Shown here piece after piece: positions 59,047-64,000 of a stretch of 64,000 nt of DNA. The notes beneath the pieces are model-generated. The model saw only the letters and a program-made list of their open reading frames with translations. It was not told the origin of the DNA and searched no databases. The translations under genes and the position numbers were made by a program. Within the stretch, counting starts at the first letter, position 1. Each line of letters starts with the position of its first letter. This stretch comes from Rhabdothermincola salaria (GTDB taxonomy: Bacteria; Actinomycetota; Acidimicrobiia; Acidimicrobiales; Acidimicrobilacustridaceae). The stretch spans positions 434,001 to 498,000 of the forward strand of contig NZ_JAJQXW010000001.1 in assembly GCF_021246445.1 (NCBI RefSeq). Reading direction: 5' to 3'.

Positions 59047-60078
59047 ATGCTCGACGATCGCAAGGCCACCATCCTGCGGGCGGTGGTCACCGAGTACATC
59101 GAGACCGCACAACCAGTCGGCTCCGGCCACGTGGCCAAGGCGCCGGACGTCACCGTGTCCTCGGCCACGGTGCGCAACGACATGGCCGCCCTGGAGGCCG
59201 AGGGCTACCTCGACCAGCCCCACACCAGCGCGGGTCGCATCCCCACCGAGAAGGGCTACCGCTTCTTCGTCGATCACCTCGGCGGCCCCGGTCGCCTGGG
59301 TGCCACGGAGACCCAGCAGGTGCGCACCTTCTTCTCGCGCACCCACGGTGAGATCGAGCAGATGCTCTCCGACACGAGCCGCCTGCTGTCCCAGCTCACC
59401 CGCTACGCCGCCGTGGTGGTCGGCCCGCCCCACGAGGTGGCCACCATCAAGTCGGTGCAGCTGGTGTCGCTGACGGCCCGGGTCGTGCTGGTGGTGCTGG
59501 TGCTGTCCAATGGAGCGATCGAGAAGCACACGATCGAGCTCGACGACGACGTCGACGAGCTGGTGGTCAACGCCGCCGGGGTCCGGTTGGCGTCGATGGT
59601 CATCGGTCGGTCGCTGGCCGACGCCGCCTCGGTGGAGGTCGACGAGGACCTCACCCGCCCCGCCTCGTCGCCGGCCGGCGCCGACGGTGTCGGGTCTGTG
59701 GTCCGCGCCGCCATGGCGGCTCTGCGCGGCGAGCACCGCCACGACGACCAGGTCTACATCGGCGGCACCTCCGACATGGCCGCCGCGTTCGACGCCGTCG
59801 GCACGGTCAGCGAGATCCTGCGCATCCTCGAACAGCAGCTCGTGGTCGTGAGCCTCCTCGAGGACGTGCTCGATCGCGGCCTGTCCGTGGCCATCGGCAC
59901 CGAGACCGGCAACCAGGCCCTGGCCGACTGCTCCCTGGTCGTGGCCCCCTACGTGGTCGACGGCGAGGCCGCCGGCTCCATCGGGGTCCTCGGCCCCACC
60001 CGCATGCACTACTCACAGGCCCTCGCCGCCGTTGCCGTCGTGAGCAACCGGCTGGGCCGCCGTCTCAGCGAGGGCTGA
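59047..60078 (+). CDS. hrcA: Heat-inducible transcription repressor
   Basis: [44 protein letters not shown]. Confidence 0.97.
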   Translation: MLDDRKATILRAVVTEYIETAQPVGSGHVAKAPDVTVSSATVRNDMAALEAEGYLDQPHTSAGRIPTEKGYRFFVDHLGGPGRLGATETQQVRTFFSRTHGEIEQMLSDTSRLLSQLTRYAAVVVGPPHEVATIKSVQLVSLTARVVLVVLVLSNGAIEKHTIELDDDVDELVVNAAGVRLASMVIGRSLADAASVEVDEDLTRPASSPAGADGVGSVVRAAMAALRGEHRHDDQVYIGGTSDMAAAFDAVGTVSEILRILEQQLVVVSLLEDVLDRGLSVAIGTETGNQALADCSLVVAPYVVDGEAAGSIGVLGPTRMHYSQALAAVAVVSNRLGRRLSEG

Positions 60079-60089
60079 CACCAACCTCC

Positions 60090-61196
60090 ATGGCTGACTA
60101 CTACGAGCTCCTCGGGGTCTCCCGCGACGCCACCGCCGACGACATCAAGCGGTCCTATCGTCGACTCGCCCGCGAGCACCATCCCGATGCCAACCCCGGC
60201 GACGTCGAGGCCGAGGCCCGCTTCAAGCAGGTGGCCGTGGCCTACGAGACCCTCTCCGACCCCGAGCGCCGCCGCCAGTACGACATGTTCGGCGAGGCCG
60301 GACCCGGGGCGCAGTCGCCCTTCGGCGGCGGCGGGCTGGGCGACATCTTCGACATGTTCTTCAACCAGGGCGGGTTCGGTGGTGGTGGCCAGACGGCCCC
60401 GAGCGGCCCGCCGCGGGGCAGCGACCTCGAAGCCGTGGTCGACCTCGAGTTCGCCGACGCCGTGTTCGGTGCCCAGGCACCCGTGTCGGTGCGTACGGCC
60501 ATGCCCTGCGACGACTGCGAGGCCACGGGGGCCGCGCCCGGCTCGCAGGCCCAGACCTGCGTCGAGTGCGCGGGCGTCGGCCAGGTGCGCCGGGTGCGCC
60601 AGTCGATCCTCGGGCAGATGGTCACGGCCGGCCCGTGTCCCCGGTGCAACGGGTTCGGCACGGTCGTGCCCACGCCGTGCCCCACCTGTCGGGGCGAAGG
60701 CCGCAGCATCGAGGAGCACACCTTCAACGTCGACGTCCCGGCGGGGGTCGACACCGGCGCCACGCTGCGCCTGCCCGGTCGGGGCGCCGTGGGTCCCCGC
60801 GGCGGGGCCGCCGGCGACCTCTACGTGCACGTGCGGGTCGCACCCGACGACCGCTTCGTGCGCCACGGCGACGACCTCCACCACGACCTGCACGTCGCCG
60901 CCACCCAGGCCGCGCTGGGCGCCGAGATCCCCCTCACCACGCTCGACGGCGACGAGGTCGTGGCGGTGGCCCCCGGGACCCAGACCGGCAAGGTGCACCG
61001 GCTGCGAGGCCAGGGCGTGCCCCACCTCCAGAGCCGCGGGCGAGGCGACCTGCTGGTCCAGATCGTGGTCGACACGCCCACCGAGCTCTCCGAGGAGGAG
61101 GCCGAGCTGCTGCGCCAGTTGGCCGAGCTCCGAGGCGAGGAGGTCGCCTCGCCGGAGTCAGGGCTGTTCTCGCGGCTCAAGTCGGCCTTCAAGTAG
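60090..61196 (+). CDS. dnaJ: Chaperone DnaJ
   Basis: J domain with HPD, G/F region, four CxxCxGxG-type repeats. Confidence 0.97.
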   Translation: MADYYELLGVSRDATADDIKRSYRRLAREHHPDANPGDVEAEARFKQVAVAYETLSDPERRRQYDMFGEAGPGAQSPFGGGGLGDIFDMFFNQGGFGGGGQTAPSGPPRGSDLEAVVDLEFADAVFGAQAPVSVRTAMPCDDCEATGAAPGSQAQTCVECAGVGQVRRVRQSILGQMVTAGPCPRCNGFGTVVPTPCPTCRGEGRSIEEHTFNVDVPAGVDTGATLRLPGRGAVGPRGGAAGDLYVHVRVAPDDRFVRHGDDLHHDLHVAATQAALGAEIPLTTLDGDEVVAVAPGTQTGKVHRLRGQGVPHLQSRGRGDLLVQIVVDTPTELSEEEAELLRQLAELRGEEVASPESGLFSRLKSAFK

Positions 61197-61198
61197 AG

Positions 61199-61915
61199 GT
61201 GCCCTCGTTGGCGGCGGGCGTCCCCGGGGGCACTGCGCCCCACGTTGGCGTCGACGACGTCGAGGTCCCGATCCTCGCTGGCGACGACCGGCACCACCTC
61301 GAGCGGGCCCTTCGGCTCCGCGCCGGCGATCGTGTCAGCGTCACCGACGGCGCCGGTCGGTGGCGGTGGTGCCGCTTCGGTCCCGAGCTGGTGCCCGACG
61401 GTCCCGTCGAGGCGGACCCGCCGCCGTCGCCGCCGATCACGGTGGCCTTCGCCCTGGTGAAGGGGGAGCGGCCCGAGCTGGTGGTGCAGAAGCTCACCGA
61501 GGTGGGCGTCGACCGCATCGTGCCGTTCTTCGCCGAACGGTCGGTGGTGCGCTGGGACGAGGCCAAGGCGGCCCGGCACCACGAGCGCCTCGTGCGCATC
61601 GCCCGGGAGGCGGCCATGCAGTGTCGCCGGACCTGGTGGCCCGAGGTGGTGGAGACGACCCGCTTCGAGGTCGTCGCCGCGCTTCCCGGGGCGGTCGCCG
61701 CCGAACGCCACGGCGCCGCCCCGTCACTCGAGCACCCCGTCGTGCTCATCGGTCCGGAAGGGGGCTGGTCCGACGAGGAACGCGGACGGCTGCCCGGTCT
61801 GGTCGGTCTCGGGCCCACGGTGCTGCGGGCCGAGACGGCGGCCATCGCCGCCGGGGTCGTCCTCTCGGCGCTGCGCTCGGCGGTCGTTCGACCGGTCTCG
61901 CCGCCGGACGCCTGA
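61199..61915 (+). CDS. rsmE: 16S rRNA m3U1498 methyltransferase
   Basis: QKLTEVGV, REAAMQCRR, IGPEGGW, LGPTVLRAETA. Confidence 0.93.
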   Translation: MPSLAAGVPGGTAPHVGVDDVEVPILAGDDRHHLERALRLRAGDRVSVTDGAGRWRWCRFGPELVPDGPVEADPPPSPPITVAFALVKGERPELVVQKLTEVGVDRIVPFFAERSVVRWDEAKAARHHERLVRIAREAAMQCRRTWWPEVVETTRFEVVAALPGAVAAERHGAAPSLEHPVVLIGPEGGWSDEERGRLPGLVGLGPTVLRAETAAIAAGVVLSALRSAVVRPVSPPDA

Positions 61916-61971
61916 CGTGCTCCGTCGGACCACGGCCACCGAGGGTCGTTGTCGTGGCGATGCCCCGGGAG

Positions 61972-61993
61972 TACGCTGACCACGCTGAGTGGC
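61972..61993 (+). promoter_or_regulatory. -10 element TACGCT followed by BldD-box-like palindrome (autoregulatory site candidate)
   Basis: TACGCT at 61972-61977; aCCACGCTGAGTGGc at 61979-61993. Confidence 0.6.
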
Positions 61994-62058
61994 GAAGCCG
62001 CCGGGCGGCCTCTCTGCCGCCGTCTCGCCTCGGCGCTCGTTTCCATGGAGGAACCCCG

Positions 62059-62580
62059 ATGACCGACACCGTGACCGGTGAGATGACCGAGACGTACAGC
62101 CGCAAGGTCGGCGACCGTCTACGGGCCATCCGACGCCAGAAGCGGCTGAGCCTCCAGGACGTGGAGGCGGCGTCGGACCTCGAGTTCAAGGCGTCGGTGC
62201 TGGGCGCGTACGAGCGCGGGGAGCGGGCCATCTCGGTCCCGCGCCTGCAGCGGCTGGCCCGCTTCTACAACGTCCCGGTCGATCAGCTGCTGCCCAACGA
62301 CGACGGCCCCGCCTTCGCCGAGGACGGGCCCGCGATGGGCATCATCGACGAGCGCTCCTTCACCATCGACCTGCGCCGCCTCGAGGACCTCACCGGCCCC
62401 GAGGCCGACATGTTGAACCGCTACCTGAGCATGATCCAGGTGCAACGCCAGGACTTCAACGGTCGGGTGCTCACCATCCGCAAGGACGACCTGCGAGCCA
62501 TCGCCTGCATCCTCGGCGTGGGCCCGAGTTCGGCCACCGAGCGTCTCGGCGACCTGGGACTCGGCCACGGCGTCTCCTGA
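62059..62580 (+). CDS. bldD: BldD-family XRE regulator with c-di-GMP-binding C-terminal domain
   Basis: LRAIRRQKRLSL, GAYERGERAISV.RL..LA.FYNVPV..LLP; IQVQ-RQD-FNGRVLTI-RKDD; RBS GGAGG. Confidence 0.88.
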   Translation: MTDTVTGEMTETYSRKVGDRLRAIRRQKRLSLQDVEAASDLEFKASVLGAYERGERAISVPRLQRLARFYNVPVDQLLPNDDGPAFAEDGPAMGIIDERSFTIDLRRLEDLTGPEADMLNRYLSMIQVQRQDFNGRVLTIRKDDLRAIACILGVGPSSATERLGDLGLGHGVS

Positions 62581-62584
62581 CCCG

Positions 62585-63682
62585 GTGACGTCGGCCCCCC
62601 TCGGGGCGCCCGCCCCGGCCTTCGGCGTCTACGTCCACATCCCGTTCTGCGCTCGTCGCTGCGACTACTGCGCGTTCGCCACCTGGACCGACCGCCACCA
62701 CCTGACTGACGCCTACCTCGGCGCCGTGCGCGCCGACATCGACGGTCACCGTCGCTCGGGGGCCATGGGCCCCGCCACCTCCGTGTTCGTCGGCGGTGGC
62801 ACCCCGTCGCTGGTGCCGGCGGCCGACCTCGTCGCCGTGCTGGCCGGCATCCCGCTGGCCCCGGGCGCCGAGGTCACCGTCGAGTGCAACCCCGACACCG
62901 TCGACGAGCACTCGCTGGCGACCTATCGGGCCGGCGGGGTGACCCGGCTCTCGTTCGGCGTGCAGTCGATGGTGCCCGAGGTGCTCGTCGCCCTCGGACG
63001 TTCCCACGACCCCGACAACGTCAGGCGCGCCGTGGACGCGGCGCGAGCCGTCGGGTTCGAGACGTTCAACCTCGATCTCATCTACGGCGGTGCGGGCGAG
63101 ACGCTGGCGCAGTGGCGCACCACCCTGGAGGCGGTGGTGGCCCTCGACCCGCCTCATGTGAGCGCCTACGCCTTGACCGTCGAGGCCGGTACCCCGTTGG
63201 CCGCCGACCCGGCCCGTCACCCCGACGACGACGATCAGGCCGACAAGTACCTCATGGCCGACGAGGTCCTGGGCGCCTCCGGGTTGGAGAACTACGAGAT
63301 CTCCAACTGGGCCCGTGCGGGGCACCGTTGCCGCCACAACGAGCTCTACTGGGCGCAGGGCGACTACCTGGGCGTTGGTTGTGCCGCCCACTCGCATCGG
63401 GGCGGGCGCCGGTGGTGGAACCTGCGCACCCCGGAGCGCTACATCGAGGCGGTGCAGGCCGGCGAGTCCACCGAGGCGGCCCACGAGGACCTCGACGACG
63501 ACCGCCGGCGCATCGAGGGGCTGCAGCTGTCGTTGCGCACCGGGGCCGGCGTGCCCGAAGCGGCGCTGGCCGCCGACGACCTGGCGGTGCTCGACGGGCT
63601 GGTCGAGCACCGCGCCGGTCGGATCCGGCTGACCGTCGAGGGTCGTCTCCTGGCCAACGAGGTGGCCGTCCGCCTGCGCTGA
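62585..63682 (+). CDS. hemW: Radical SAM heme chaperone HemW
   Basis: YVHIPFCARRCDYCAF, GGGTPS, ECNP, YEISNWA, HNELYW. Confidence 0.93.
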   Translation: MTSAPLGAPAPAFGVYVHIPFCARRCDYCAFATWTDRHHLTDAYLGAVRADIDGHRRSGAMGPATSVFVGGGTPSLVPAADLVAVLAGIPLAPGAEVTVECNPDTVDEHSLATYRAGGVTRLSFGVQSMVPEVLVALGRSHDPDNVRRAVDAARAVGFETFNLDLIYGGAGETLAQWRTTLEAVVALDPPHVSAYALTVEAGTPLAADPARHPDDDDQADKYLMADEVLGASGLENYEISNWARAGHRCRHNELYWAQGDYLGVGCAAHSHRGGRRWWNLRTPERYIEAVQAGESTEAAHEDLDDDRRRIEGLQLSLRTGAGVPEAALAADDLAVLDGLVEHRAGRIRLTVEGRLLANEVAVRLR

Positions 63683-63690
63683 CGGCATCG

Positions 63691-63999
63691 TCAACGGGTG
63701 GTCGTCGACGGGTCGGGCAGGTCGAACACCTGCCCCACCATCACCAGGTCGGGATCGGAGGGCACCACCAGCCGATCGCGGTTGGTCTCGACGAGGGCGG
63801 TGAGATAGGTCGCCACCTCCTGGTCGGCCGGTGGACGAGCGAGGTGGTCGGTGAGGACGGCCGTGGCCACGTGCCAGAGGTGTTCGCCGGGTTGGATCCG
63901 CCACGTGGCCTGGGGGTCCGTCGGCCGCGCGGGGGTCGCCTCGGGGTCTGCCGGGGTCGGGGCGGGTTCGGCGGGGGCTGGGTCCGTGGACGGCAGGTC
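63691..63999 (-). CDS. LysM-domain protein, C-terminal part (extends beyond window)
   Basis: Manual translation: Pro-rich linker, then WRIQPGEHLWHVA...N...DPDLVMVGQVFDLP and stop; absent from the ORF track. Confidence 0.8.
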   Translation of the reverse strand, partial: DLPSTDPAPAEPAPTPADPEATPARPTDPQATWRIQPGEHLWHVATAVLTDHLARPPADQEVATYLTALVETNRDRLVVPSDPDLVMVGQVFDLPDPSTTTR

Positions 64000-64000
64000 G

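Overview
High-GC actinobacterial chromosome segment. Gene content and order suggest class Acidimicrobiia, but this is inference and no search was run. It is mostly a housekeeping backbone: secF-apt-rel, hisS-aspS, radical SAM pair-rne-rplU-rpmA, obgE-proB/proA, nadD-rsfS-tRNA-Ala-leuS, comEA-comEC-holA-rpsT-lepA, and hrcA-dnaJ-rsmE-hemW. Small accessory inserts are a ferritin-like/ZIP/stress trio, a dGTPase plus an orphan Flp/TadE/TadE/TadG pilin cassette, pspA-murJ, MoxR-vWA, sulfite/APS reductases, a stand-alone BcsA-like PilZ glycosyltransferase, a group-2 sigma factor and two lipoproteins. I saw no transposase, integrase, rRNA or CRISPR array. The strongest signal is a BldD homologue with an intact c-di-GMP motif (RxD-X8-RxxD). 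A variant BldD-box palindrome (CCACGCWGMGTGG) lies both next to its own -10 element and upstream of the Flp/Tad cassette. Together with the PilZ cellulose-synthase-like gene, this suggests an undescribed c-di-GMP/BldD circuit controlling pili and adhesion. Also notable are a compact structured RNA in the pilin leader, two families of REP-like intergenic elements, several recognisable operators and promoters (PafBC-type, Rrf2-type, SigR/SigH-type, CIRCE), and widespread leaderless gene starts. All motif matches were made by eye.
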